Shown here piece by piece: positions 25,959 through 39,911 of a stretch of 64,000 nucleotides of DNA. Each line of letters opens with the position of its first letter. The first letter of the stretch is position 1. The stretch lies in contig OZ037772.1 of assembly GCA_964035545.1 (NCBI GenBank), forward strand, positions 6,928,889 through 6,992,888, written 5' to 3'. The DNA comes from Bugula neritina. Lineage: Eukaryota; Animalia; Bryozoa. Under the pieces are notes generated by a model. The model was not told the origin of the DNA, searched no databases, and worked only from the letters and a program-made list of their open reading frames with translations. The position numbers and the translations under genes were made by a program.

Positions 25959-26369
25959 TTATTCTAAACGTCTGTCGGATCTAAGAGACATAGTTTTATC
26001 AGACAAAATTAGCGCGTAAGCTTGAGTATTAGCGGGTACGTTTTGACTAAATTTAACTCTTAGTTGAATATCCGCTACACTATTTTTAAGAGCTTCGCTT
26101 TGTTTACTAACGTCTATTACGAACAAAGAATAAAGGTCTCTATATTTGGAAGGTGCTACGTTTGAATAAGCCATTAACTCGTTTATACCGTAATATTCAC
26201 CGCAAAACCTCGATGAGTCTCCGTAGATTCTACTAAACTTTATTTTAGCGAAATCTATGTCGTAATCGACCTCGGGATATCGCTCGCTATTTAGCATCGC
26301 GTATATACTTTTAACGTTGACGTGATCGAATAACGCGGGATTAGTTACTTGACTTTTGTTTTTACAGTA
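25959..26369 (-). pseudogene. Polinton major capsid protein (double jelly-roll), C-terminal remnant
   Basis: NPALFDHVNV..IYAMLNSERYP...YRDLYSLFVIDVSKQSE.LKNSVADIQLRVKF..NVPANTQAYALILSD. The first ~50 aa of the ORF-track protein come from the adjoining Gypsy. Confidence 0.85.
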
Positions 26370-28890
26370 AATGGGTGATGCTGAGTAGGAAGACGTTGGA
26401 AGAGAAGACATTGGATTGAAAGGTGGACCACGACCGGAGAATGCAGAGGGCATGGACCCTACTGCAGGTGAGCCAACAGTCTTTGAGGCTGAAAGCAATC
26501 TGTTCCTCCTAGGAGAAGAAGCCGACAAGGCACCACCTGGTGACAGGACACCACTTGGTGCCAGGTACTGCTTGAAAGCTCCCTTCTTCAGTGGGGAAAA
26601 AGATGTTGAGCAATTTATATCAGAGTTCAGTAATGTGGCAGCTATCTCTCAAAGAATGCCTAGAGTCACGCTTTTGCATTTGCGGCTGTCGCTCACAGAT
26701 CAGGTCAAGCCCTATGGGCTGAGAAGCAACATCAGCAGCATCTTTGCCGCTCTACAAACTTGATTTGGCATCTCTGCTAGTGATTCCAAGGTTTCCATGC
26801 AAGGATTGCAACATGATTCTAAAATATTCTGGTAAGATCATGCAGCCACTGTAAAATGGCTAGCACAGATTGCTCACAGCAAACTGTTGCCAGCTAACAG
26901 AAAAAAGTGCACCTATGAGGCTTTTGTGCAGTCTTTGAACGACTTCGGACTACACCACCAGTTAGTCTTGGCGGCAGGAGTCACAACAGTCGAAGCTGCA
27001 TTCAAGCAAAGGGAGGCTTACCTCCAGGCTAACAGTCTGCATAGACCCCACATGAGTTCTCACCAGGTTGAGGCAGAGATATGAGAACTAAAACTCGAGT
27101 CTGCCCCAACCACACATGTGGCCACCACCTCTGAATTTTCATTGGCCACAGAAGTCGCTACAATGACAGATGTGGTGGGGAGATTAGTGGTGGCACTGAT
27201 GCAGTCTCAACTGACTGATCCATCCAGGGACTTGTGAGGTCATGGGCGGCTCTTGTCGAGAGACGGGCTGCAATCTGCTGGGGCTGCAGCAACAACAACA
27301 GAGGGACTGTCCGCACAATATGTGGTGGAATTAAACCACTGCAGCGTGCGGCCAAACTCACCAGCCATTCTAAAGCTGCGGGGAGCCACCCACAGGTCAC
27401 AAGTGTATATGAGGCACCGCCACCTGAGTGGCAGGTCTCAAAAAGAGCTAGCAAGCCACACGGCATGCCTGTTACTCCCACTTGGCCACTCAGGAACTGT
27501 TTCGACGAGTTGCAGGAAGAGTGGTTTGAGGAAGAGGTGGGGTAAGACCCAGAGTCTGTTTGTACGTTTGTCAGACGCGGGCCCCGCTCAAACTCAAGGC
27601 TTGAGAAGTGTTATCTGCAGAGATAGGTAACACTAAGAGAGTTCAACCCTACAGTAGCAGATATTTTTTGCCTGGTAAAATAGCGGGCAAAACTGCTATC
27701 TTCTTGCTGGATTCAAAGTGTGCTACAAACCTCTTAAGCCATTGTCTCTGACACACTCAGCACACGAGACCAGGCGGGCCTGAAGCCATATAAGAGTGAA
27801 CATGGTTGGTGGATGGGTCATGTTTACCCTTCAACAGCATTATTGACCTGGCTTTAAGAGTTCAAGATCGAGTGATCTATGAGAAAATTATCATCAGCCA
27901 GCTCAAGAAGGACGCCATTTTAGTTAAGTATCTGGGGCATATTGTTGGCTGCGACGAGGTAGCTACCAAGCCCAAAAAGGTACAAGCAGTTAAAGACTGG
28001 GCCACCCACGCCGCCAGGATCTCACTGGCTACATGCTTTCTGGGACTGACAGGGTAGTATAGGCAGTACATACCAGAGTTTTCGGGAATACCGTAGCCGT
28101 TAAATCACCTCACTGCAAAGGGGGTCTACTGGCAATGGACCCATGCTGAACCGCAAGCATGGGATCACCTCAAAGGTTGCCTGGCAGAAGCACCTATCTT
28201 GGCATACCTGGATCCTACTAAGAAATACAACCTGGATATTGACGCCAGTGACCACAATATGGGTGCAGCACTGTCGCAAATCCAGGATGGAAAGGGGTGG
28301 TCGTCGCTTACTACAGCAAAGCTCTTTCCGCTGCCAAAAAGAATTACTCTACCACCAGGAAAGAACTCCTGGCAATAACCAAGGTTTTTAAGCAATTAGG
28401 CCATATCTGTATGGGATGATGTCCTGTCTCTGGATGGATCATGCCTTGATAATACGGCCGTGTAAGAGAGCTTAACCATCCAGTCCAGTAGCACGATGGC
28501 TCGAAATCTTGGTCGAGTTCTCCTACCGGATTGAACACCGACCCGAGAAAAGGCACGGTAATGTGGATGGGCTACGCCGGTTTTTTGAAGGAGGGTGCAA
28601 ACAATGCTTAAAAATTGAGCAGAAAAATGGGAGGCTCTCATGCTCTGACATTGCGGCACAGTTTGGATCGGCCGGAAGTTACAGCTGGGAGCAAGGTCAG
28701 CTTACGACCCGCTCTCATATGGGTACTGTAAACGCTCTGCCGCAGATTATGCACACATCACACAGTACGCCTGACTCCAGCACTTCTGAAACTCCCAACT
28801 TTTGGATGCTAGGTTGAGAGACCGGAGTTCCAGACCACCTGACTTATCATGTTTCAGCTCAAGAAAACTCAGTTCACGGGTATGTGGGGG
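26370..28890 (+). mobile_element. Degenerate Ty3/Gypsy LTR retrotransposon (gag, protease, partial RT, RNase H)
   Basis: gag APFFSGEKDVEQF, protease FLLDSKCATNL, RT remnant KYLGHIV...FLGLTG, RNase H LDIDASDHNMGAALSQ and EFSYRIEHRPEKRHGNVDGL. Most of RT and the integrase are deleted. Confidence 0.9.
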
Positions 28891-29953
28891 GGCTGATAGA
28901 GCACATAGAGCACAAGATGTTTAAGTTTGAACTCTGATTTTATATGTTTACTAATAAAAAGCCTGCAATTACACATGAATGTTATTTGGTTGAAAATAGC
29001 TTACCTCTTTGTATCAGAGTTGGAGGATCAGCAAGTTCACAACCATTCAGCTTATCTGCATCATGTCTGCTCAGCTCTTCTGTTATTCTCCTTTTTTGGC
29101 TAATCTTCTCAGTCACATGGCCATTTATCAGGAGACGGTTCAACTCAGCTTGAGTTTTTTTTAATTCATCTTCTTTATTTAGCAGCTTGTTGTGAAAGCT
29201 TTCCACCTGATTGGTCACTCTTTTGCTATGATCTGTAACTTTGTCTATCATCTCTTGACTCTCATCCGTTATTCTTCGTATCTAAAATTTAATCAATGTC
29301 TTACTACAATTGCTTGTTAGCTAGCTTTCAGGAAACTGAGCGATGCATTTGATGTTGGAAACGAGCTTTGAATTATTGCAACTCATATACATAAAACATA
29401 AAGCTGTAGATAATATTTTGCAATAAGTGACTATACAACCATATATATAAAGAGTTCCATATATAATCAGATTATTTGTCACAGTTTTTGAAAACTCGTA
29501 CAGTCCAGATTTCAACATTGCATTATTACATCAATATTATTTTTTGGTCTTTAAAAGACTATTGATTTCATTGTATAATTGTGACTAATTTGACGACTTT
29601 CACCAAACAATTTCGTGACTAAATCCTCACCATCTCATCCCTAACTCTTTCTATCTCTATTATAGTATCTCCACACTTCTCTTCTTGAATATCCAACTCT
29701 CTCCAAGCCTTCTTGTCCAGGGAATACACTTTATCTATCTTTTGTGAAGTTGTCTCCAGTTTACCTCTGAGATATTCATTTACTTCCACTTTCAGGGATG
29801 TAAGAGACTTGAAGTCATGTTGACCTCCATCTGAAATGTACAGCCATATCTTACCACAGTGCTTTTTTATTATAGTCAGTATATGAAAAACTATCATACT
29901 CTATTTTTGATCAAAGTACATGGTATAAGTATAATCTTGAAATATGATTGTAA

Positions 29954-31137
29954 GCAAGCAACCAGTGTGGTCAATGTTATAGCTGTACTAATTGAATCTT
30001 TATAAAGCTACTGTATATATTTTCTGTTTTGAAGTTGTGTTTGCTGTGATTAGTTGTGTTTTCCAAATAAGGATGTATCGTTGAACTTTACATATAATAT
30101 TTGTTATAGTGGCGCATTGAAAACTAAAGTTGCCTTTACACCTTCACGATTTTCAGTCAAAAATTCAATTTGGCCAGGTAGAAATTTTTCTGAGTTGCAT
30201 TGCATTGTAGAAGTCACTCGTAAAAAGTTTTGTACTGTGATAACTTAATTGGCCAATTTCAGAACAATACTTACAATGACCAATAACTCTTTGTAAACAT
30301 TGTTATTTAGTTATGATTTTGGCGATTAGATGGTGTACTTGTATTTTAATAATTATATCACCTACGCCTTCTCAGTTGTCGCTTTTATGCTGTCAACTTC
30401 ACTAATTCACGATGTTTACAAAGGGCATCAAATAGCGAGTAGGCGAGTCAATTTTTAATTTTAGAAAGTGGGCTTCCGCATCAATATGATTTCAACCCGG
30501 GGAAGCATTATTAACTTAAACCCGGTACTTTTTTTTCGGCAGAGGTATAAACGCAACTTAAGCCTATGATAATAGCCTATTAGATATGGAAGCTATCTGT
30601 TACCAGGAGTCATCACACTAGCCATTGCACAGCCAATATAGCTACAAGCAGCCAACTGATATAAACCATGATGAACCTAGTGAAGGGCTCTTGCATTTTG
30701 AAGCCTCGGTGAGTAACTACTATATAGTAATCTAACAATATTATTACGTGTTGAGAAAATTGAAAATTTAAGCAAAGTGAATGACCGCCCAGTAAAAGAT
30801 AGACAAGCACCTACGTAGTTGACAGAGTTTATGTGGATGAATAAATGTTTTTTTATATTGTATGTTTGTTTGATCTGATAAGATCAGGAAGAAATGCAAT
30901 GTGCAGGATCGTTGCATTATGCAGTTATATTCTATACTATATTTATGCTGTTTTTCTTTAACGTTTTAAATAGCCCTTATCTTTGTGGTGGTTTTGCAAG
31001 CAACCAGTGCGAGCAATGTTATAGCCACAATAATTGAATCTTTATGAAACTACTGTATATATTTTCAGTCTTGAAGATGTGTTTGCTGCTATTAGTTGTG
31101 TTTTTTAAATAAGGATATGTCATTGAATTTTACGTAT
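29954..31137. repeat. Inserted repeat segment with a diverged ~145-bp direct duplication (29954-30098 vs 30996-31137)
   Basis: GCAAGCAACCAGTG...AATAAGGAT...TTGAA block occurs twice; absent from the paralogous intron of copy C. Confidence 0.7.
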
Positions 31138-34100
31138 TGTGATAGTTTTGTGGGTTGAAAACAATGAATTGGTAAGCATAACTCTTTGTAGGTGAGACGA
31201 GAGAAAAGAGAGTGCTTTTTCCAGATATATAAGTCTTTATTAGGTAGCGAGTATCTCATAATCTTTATCCTATGGCCATACTCAGTGAGCTCCAGTGGTA
31301 CACTGATTGTATACAGGAAATTTGCCTCTGTATATACTCTAAAAACTGCAGCACAAATTTCGGAGCTTCGAAAATTGGACATGTTCGAATTCTAAAATAT
31401 TCTACTGATCTTTGGCCGAAATTTGAACCACCAAACTTTGGGTGCAGCTATTGGACGCCCACACTTCGGTACCTTCCAACTTTTGGTCAAATATCGGTTA
31501 ACAGTACACAAAAAAAACTGGACAAGCAAAACAAATAATTACGTCATGGGGCTAAAAATTAACTATACTAATAGTAGTTGAAGTATTCAGAAAATCAGGC
31601 CGAGAGTTTAACAATGAAATTACTGTTGGTTGATGTATTCTAGCACACGCTCCCCCTATCAAAAGCTACCCCCTTGTCAATAAAAATAAAATAACAAAAC
31701 AAAATTGACCTTTCACCCAAATGAAAATAAAACTCACACTAATACACAATACACAATAACATACTAATATACAAGAAAAAATGCTAACTATGTCAAAACA
31801 GTCTACAACCAGTAACAGGCAAGATTAAAAACCAAATAAAATTAAAACAAATTGTACATATGGAAATGATATTCGCACACACACAGAAGGAAAAATGTCA
31901 ATAACCTTTCCTTTCTAAGCAACAGACACGCTGTTTGATGTAGGCCCGCTCGTTTTCACAGCGACGCATATGTCACCTTAGGTTGTGTACTTCTTCTTTG
32001 AGCTCCGCATCAACTGCCCCTTCATCCAGGATGGTTTGTTCCTCTCCCACAGAAAGCTGGAGGTCTACGGGATTAGAAACAGACTCACCTGAAGTGATGA
32101 GGAAGTAGAATTCATTTTTTTAGGACCCCTTAGGCTAATACTAGCAGTACCAGGGTCCTGGTCTAGTGTGGAAAGGACTGGAGTCAGAACGACTCTGCCC
32201 TGCCTCGTCATATTCCATGCTAGAATATGTAATAGACAGCATAGGCTGATTGACGCTGAATTTTCTTATGCCAAATTTTGGCATGCTCTTGTAAGGAGCC
32301 ATTCCATACACAGGAGGCTCAAGCATACCCAGGAAAGTTGCCAAATCTCCCTCCTGCTCCAGGAGATAGTCATGAAGAGGTTTGCAGTTGCAATGATTTT
32401 GTCTCGATATGACCAGCAGAGGAAGTCTGGCTAGACTCCAAAAATGGAGATCTAGCCCTAAAGAAATATCTGGCTGACTATTTGTTTATTGGTTTCAGCT
32501 TGTAGTGACTCCCATGTAGTAGATTTCAAAGTCAGAGAAAGCTTTTCTGTTCATAGTTAAATTTGGAATGAAAATGACTAAACCGAGTGTTGCTAGAATT
32601 TCATATGACAACCCCGCAGTCACATGTCTGGTTACCTAATTCCTTAAATTTTGGAGAGACAACTGTGACAATTAGAGTTTCTCCAACCTCTAAGGCTGTT
32701 TCGTAGTAACTCCATGGAAATTTCTTACACTTCCAAGGTTATTCCGAGTATGAAATTTGGAGCATTTACACGTACTGAGCGCAGTACTTCTCCCTGCTTG
32801 TCTCTTCCTTCTTTGTAGTTCCAGGTGGCAACAATGGTGGTCAGTCAGGTAGCCAAGGGTCTTTTAATACATAGGCCTCTCTCTAGATCTGCTTTGATAA
32901 CCTGAGGTAATAAAACACATGTTGGTTCTGGGCCCTGGCTACTCTGGAGGCTGATGCATCTGCAACAGCCAAGGCGTCTGCCCTCCGTGTGAAGTTATCC
33001 ATGAGCACCAGAAACTAGGTGCTTGCTCTGGCAGATAACAGCATAGGTCTGATTATATCTACCCCCACTATTTGCCACGGTCGACCAGTGTACAACCGGC
33101 ATCGACCAGTGGTTTCGGTAAAGCGGCCGTGTTCGCTAGCTTGGCAGACCTTGCATTGCCGTATCTGCAGTCGCACATCCTGAGTCATTCCAGGCCAGTA
33201 CCACGGCAGCTGTAGACGTCTGATGACCCAACTTGCCCCAGCATGGGCCTGTTTATGGGTGTCCTAGATCAACTCTCGTCAAAAAGCGCGTGGACAAGAC
33301 ACCTGTTCTCTTTTCTGGTGACGGGTGTCAGCTGCCAGCAAAATGGTCAGTAGGCCATCCTGATTGATCTTCAGGAAGCCCCAGCAATGGCAGAGATGTT
33401 GGAACTCAACATTTCCCTGTTGCTGCTGCTCCTCGCTAGATCGTTGTCACTTCTTCTTGGCCTGGGAGATGCCAGCAACCGCACCTGTTAGCATCTCCTT
33501 TAGTCAGCACAGCTTCTTGAAGTTTTGGCACGTAGTGGGGTTAACAATGTCTGAGTGGGTTTCGAACCAAAGATTGCTGTGCTCCCAGCTATAGACGCCT
33601 CCTCCCGCAACTGCTCCTTAACGTCAAAGCGAACGGGTCTCTCTCTATGTGCAGGAACTGCTTACTGTCCTCCTCTGACCGGCAACTCATACCGTCGGCA
33701 TTCTTGTGCTTCTCTCCACCACAATGCTCTATCCCGTAGGAGAACTCAGCAAGGATCTTCAACCAACAAGCCACCTTACTCAAAAGTTCAGAATGCTTAC
33801 ACAGCCACATCAGTGATGCATGGCCTGTTTGTAATCTGAACGTTCTCCAATACAAATGTGGCCAAAAGTGCTTGACTGTCTTGACTACCGCTTGGAGCTT
33901 ATTCTTAGCGGTGCAGTAGTTCTTCTCTGTGGTCGAGAGAGTTTTGTTATAGTAAGTCACTACCAGCTCTGTTTCACACTGGACTTGGGACAGGGCAGTC
34001 CTGCGGATATACTCCTGGGCCGAGTCTGAGTATGCCAAGATGAGTGCTTCCACCAGCCGGTCCTTTAGATGATCGAATGCCCGTCGCTTCTCCGGTGTTC

Positions 34101-34469
34101 ACTGCCACCAGACCCCCTTGGCAGTTAGTCGATTGGAAAGCTGCGCCATTCCCGGTATATACTATAAAAATTAGAGCATGCCAAATTTCAGAGCTCAGAA
34201 ATTTAGCGCGCTCCAATTTTCAAAATATTCTACCGATCTTCACCGAAAATTTAACACTGGAACTTTAGGCGCACCTATGAGAGGCCCCAATTTTGGTACC
34301 TTCTGACTTTTGGTCAAAAATTGGTTTCCAGCACACAAAAAAGTAGACAGGTAAAAGCAAACAATAATTTACACCAGTGGCTTACCTATATTAATAGTAG
34401 TTAAATTATTCAGAAAATTACGCCAAAAGTTTAACAATGCAATTGCACTCAATTAATGTGTTCTAGCAC
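31138..34469 (-). mobile_element. Degenerate Gypsy element: 3' LTR 31138-31647, RNase H + integrase, partial related LTR 34157-34469
   Basis: Polypurine tract before TGTGCTAGAAT; LTR has AATAAA and ends in CA. Integrase zinc finger H..WYWPGM...CKVC and core RPWQIVGVD..MDNFTR; RNase H YNKTLS..EKNYC. Confidence 0.88.
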
Positions 34470-37021
34470 TTTCCAGAATATAATGTAATGATAACTTCCA
34501 AAATTATTATTATTATTATATTATTACAATGATGTTTGGCTAGCTTGGATAATACACACAGTATTAGAATTTTATTGTACTCAAAACACTTTAAATAATA
34601 AAGTAACGTCTCAACTAGAAAGAGTAAACAAAACAACTGACTTTAAAATGTGCTTTTTCGACAATAAAGAAAAACCCTAGAGCAATTTTTCATTTCATTA
34701 AAATATATGTTCAAATTTTGCCATCTACAAAAAAAAAGAGGAAAGAAAGTTTTCAAATCTCCTAATTTCTGAAGGCCAAAACTAATGCTACTCGGTCGGT
34801 GTGAAGTGTTATAAGTCTCTCAATCTCAGTTTATGTGTGCAAAATAAGATAAGGCTACATGATTGGAGCCCTTAGACATAACTTTCCTCTTCTGTTGTAA
34901 TAGCTATTTCTAGATCATTAGCAGGATTTGCTCATACACCACAGTTTTTAATTACAAACGTTGCAGACATTTCTTGTAGCTCAACTACTTGTATCAGTTT
35001 TTTAAAAGCCACCATTGTATTAATAACATTCATTATGAAGTAGTTAGAGTAACTGAAGAACTTTACATGCGCTATAGTCAGCTCAACAAATACAGCTAGT
35101 GATACTGTAAGAAGGACCAAATAGCACTTCAACTTCTGTGGTTTATTAACAACTGATCATTAACAGATAACCTGGAATAATTAACTTTCCTAAACAGTTG
35201 GTAAGTTACTACAATATTACCTGTGCAATCGTATCCATCAATCTCACACTCAAAGCAAATCAGTTTATCACATTTCTTGCAAGCTCTCACCAGAACCTCT
35301 TTATGATGTTCACATGTAGGTTGATGGAAGTTTGTTGGTGAGCTCTTGTAAATATCAATGCCCAACTACTTTGTGGGCCTCACCAAGAAATATCTTATGG
35401 ACCTATAGCAATATTATAAAAAGAAACTTAAAATAACATATCTACATTGGCAAAATTATAAAAGAATCAAATTCATTAACACATGTACATATCCATACAT
35501 CAAAACCTGTACTATAGCATGTTATTGAGTTCACTCATATATTATTTTGTCTGTAACGCAAGTGGAATCATAAATAATATTTCAATAATTTCAATGAATC
35601 AATTTGGAGATACAGTAGTTGAACTATACCTGCTGATGTTGAATACAAAACATAACTTCACACTTCACACAGTAGCATGTAGCTATTTGACCTTGACATC
35701 CATGAGCTGTACAATACAGCGTACCAGAATCATCAGTTTCTCGGACAGCCTTCAGTAAACCTTCAAACTCTAGTGAGACGTAAACTTCCCTGTAACATAT
35801 TATCGAGTTAAGTATACAGCTTTCAAACATTTGTACGTGCAAGACACTTAAATAATATCTTACTTGTAATTAGCTACAGCCCATCCTATAATCACTTGTT
35901 GGCTCTATATAATTGTTTAAAATCGGAATTTCTGACAAGGTTATTTTAAATTACTCAATATATAGTTAAGCAACTCACGCAAAGACAACTTGGTGTAGCA
36001 ATTTCAAAAAAGATTAATATAGAGTTTAACGCTTTGTACTAAACTTTCAGCAGATACTTTTTCAGTTCTCCCAAATACTGCCTCTATATCTCCCCCTACA
36101 GGTGTTTAAAAGGTTATAGTATAATTTGTAATATGGGCTATATAGGAAAAAACATGTATGCTGTACATAACACTCACCCACAAGTTTTAATAGGGCAGGT
36201 CACAGATTTATGTTTACTGTAATGTCCTTGAATACAACTCAAACAGAATACATGCTGACAAGGCAGCTCTCTTGGATCTCTCATGTCATCTCTTTTAGAG
36301 ACACAATAACCACACTCATACCATTCTGGTAGTTGCTGGGCAGCCATCTTTATTATTCTCTAAACTATGTTACCAAAGAACTGACATTACTTTAAATAGT
36401 TTTTAGCTTGCACATGTTTTACCTGTTACTATAACAACAGAAAATCTTAAAAACTCACCTTTTTAGATTTTGGATCAAATTACACTAAGTATAGGAACAT
36501 ACTGATGCACTTGACTGCATGTGCATTGAGTGAATAAGAAACTGTAAAAGGTGGTTTTTTTTGAAAATAATGTAATAAAAAGAAACTGCTTTTTACATAT
36601 TATGTATTGATTGCACAATTCGTGGAGTGTTAACTATGTAAACACATAATTAGCACTCTAATTTCTAATACTATAGAAGTTGGATCATTAGTATTTGGTC
36701 CTCACACATTGAGCTTGTATATAACTGAATTATATGGGGATTCCTGATTTAAAAGTGGATATATATAAAGTTTGGTAGAATTAACCAATAACAGTATGTT
36801 ACAGCCAAATTATCTTTTTTTATTAGCAAGTGTTGTAAAAAATATTATTCAATTATTCAACCCCCCCCCCCTCCATATGACTATATATAACAGTTCTTAT
36901 AGATGACATAGCATATTCATGTTATATAAATTTGTATTGAGTTAAGTTATACAAACAAACTTTGTCACTAACATTACATTACCATTTTTTTTGTTATTAC
37001 AAAAAATCTTATAGCTTTGCT

Positions 37022-37387
<366 letters not shown>

Positions 37388-39354
37388 TTTTGCAACTTCA
37401 AAGAAATGTTTGTGCTACTAGTGAACAGAATAAATAAAAGGTGTTATATAAACCATGCAACAAATTAAAGTACACTAATTACTCCCAGCACTGCTAGTGA
37501 AAGATAATTTTCTGTATTTAGTCTTTAAACAATAGCCCAGCTTTAAAATATACAAATACAAAAAAATTAAAAGAGAAACAATAAGTACATTAATACCCTT
37601 CTGGTAGTTTTTGAGCAGCCATTAATAATGGATGTATAAATCAAGGAGTTTGAGTAACTTCATGCAGTATAAACTTTATTTTTACAAAATCACATGATGC
37701 AAATATATCGCCTACCAGAAGGCAGGTCCTCTACATATAAAAAGTTTAAAATGTGCACTTGTACAATACTGCATGCTCTAAACTAACCCTGTTATCCCTT
37801 AGAAGAAAAACTATGCTCAACAAATTTTCAGTAGACTGTAATAATTATGAGCATATGCTACTCTGTATTTTACAATATAGAAGTGGAGCTTTTTGCAGTA
37901 AAATAAGTTGTAGAAAACAACTACTGTTAAGTAAACTGTGTTAAGAGTTGTCATATATATTTAAAAGACTTTCATTAAGACTTAACTATATCAGCACCTT
38001 GTTCTATTCTATTAAAATACTCACCTTTATTTCTCTTACAGTAGCTGTTCTAACTCGTAATCAAGTTTGAACACAAATCAATGCAGCTACTGAAATGTCA
38101 AGTATGCAGTTTCAGTTTATCAATTACATTGTAGCCTCAGCTTCAAATATTATACTATACTATATGATGATCTATTAGAGTAATATTAGAGGGTTATATC
38201 AATCTCTGGTAATCAGGCCAAATAGGGATGCCCCTTTACCATAATGATTATTGTTCTTGTTCAAATACTGTATTGAGAACTATGTCGCTTTGGCAAGCAA
38301 ATTATGTGTTTGCCTATAGATGCAAGATAAATGTAAGTCAACAGCCAAAAACACTATAGCCTCTTTTGTTGCTTTTATTCTCAATTATTTGAAGTACTCC
38401 TTTGCATAAATCTGAAGATATGTCAACCCCATTGATAATACTTTGCTCATCACTTAAATACCCCGTCAATAAGACTAGCACCTGCTAGCCCATTTGCAAG
38501 TAGTAGCATCTCAGTAATAAATAACATAATCAGCATATTGGAGCAAATCATCTATACATTGTATCGGTAAACTAATTGGTATGACATTGCATAACTTTCA
38601 GTCATGACTCATGCAAGTCTAATTGGTCAGCTTTTGATGCATCCACAGTAACTACCAGTTTCATTGTCAATAGTTCTGGTGTGAGTGAAATATTTTAATG
38701 CAGTTAAGTATAGCATGTGAAGTGTAGAAATTAGAAGACGTGTCACACAGTTTATCTACAGCAAACCCTGCATGGGTTTTGTAAATATATGTTTTGTAAA
38801 GTATTGAGATATTTAAAGCCCAGTAGGGTTTGCAATGAACATTTAGACACAAAAATTTCAACCTCATGCTCTAGTATATCAAATATTTATTTGAATAAAT
38901 AAAACCAAGACATTACTAAAATATTATTAAGATAAGTCGTGTGGATTAAAATATATTTTCTACAAACAGTTGCTTCTGTGAAAAATCATTGTCCAAATAT
39001 ATTTAAGTGAACTGAGTTTTGCGCTATCTAAAGTATGCATGAGTTGAACTCAAATTATCTTTAATGTGCTTGTAAGTGTTTAATTAGACATAAATAATGT
39101 AACAAATTATATATAATGTACTACTAGTCTCTTTAATATGCAGACACTATAGGTAATAATCAAACTTTCTCATGGTGAAACTACAAATATTTTGACGGCA
39201 TAATCATTGTGGGTTTTGGTAATAGTATCATAATATTCCTGACAAATGACACAAAATCAACAAGAAATTGCTACATATAAGTAGAATAAAACAATGAATA
39301 TAGTAAAAAGTTTACATTTGTGGTGTATTTTACAGTTCTATAACAGTTTATAAT

Positions 39355-39476
39355 CAGCTCTCTTTATACTGCACTTCAAACAAGCGAAGTGGAACAGCTA
39401 ATATGTCATCTTGAAAAACCGATTAATCCAACTAACTTTGGTAATTTTTCATGAACCAGCTTTTTGAGTAAAGTAC
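39355..39476 (-). pseudogene. Extra, degenerate copy of the TRIM terminal exon downstream of copy C
   Basis: Acceptor ttacag then G-TLLKKLVHEKLPKLVGLIG. A +1 T shifts the frame before QDDILAVP; short internal deletion. Confidence 0.75.
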
Positions 39477-39605
39477 CTGTAAATTACAAAGAAATTTTTT
39501 CAGGTTGTGTAAGCCAGTATTCTGAGCAGTTCTACCATTTCTGTAACCCAATATTTCCTTATGCATACTTCTTCATATTTTGGATCGCTCCAGAGACCAA
39601 GTTTG

Positions 39606-39690
<85 letters not shown>
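39606..39690. repeat. (TA)n microsatellite
   Basis: Visible directly. Confidence 0.95.
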
Positions 39691-39693
<3 letters not shown>

Positions 39694-39911
39694 AAACTAA
39701 GAGATAATTTATATCATTTATTGTTACAATTGATATTTATCATAGACAGTTTCAATATATTGATTTGTTATACTTCTTTTTTAAAAAAAAGTAAGACATG
39801 AACTAGCAGTTTCAAGCCAATGCATCAGCCCAAATTGAAAGGAGAAATTGAAGAATAATTTAATAATTTTACAATAATATATATTTGGTCATGCGTGCAT
39901 CCATATTCCTT

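Larger units (their letters stand above)
17984..26369 (-). mobile_element. Polinton/Maverick (adintovirus-like) endogenous element, truncated; integrase, ATPase and second TIR absent
   Basis: Terminus AGTAGTAGAGAG at 17984 matches Polinton end repeats. Intronless compact ORFs for pPolB, adenain protease and capsid proteins; CpG-retaining composition. Confidence 0.93.
15477..36347 (-). pseudogene. TRIM-like gene copy B (RING-BB1-BB2-CC-propeller), frameshifted, with introns expanded by mobile elements
   Basis: Exons 36347-36178 (C3HC4 RING), 35789-35630, 35402-35221, 29830-29631, 29281-29005, 16979-16308, 15604-15477. The B-box2 exon is 182 nt versus 181 in C and D; an extra T near 35364 gives GTT GGG CAT TGA. 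Confidence 0.85.

Noticed and set aside
25959-26528. Apparent 189-aa capsid protein with a novel S/P-rich N-terminus
   Set aside because: Chimeric ORF: the first ~50 codons are antisense Gypsy sequence across a deletion junction.
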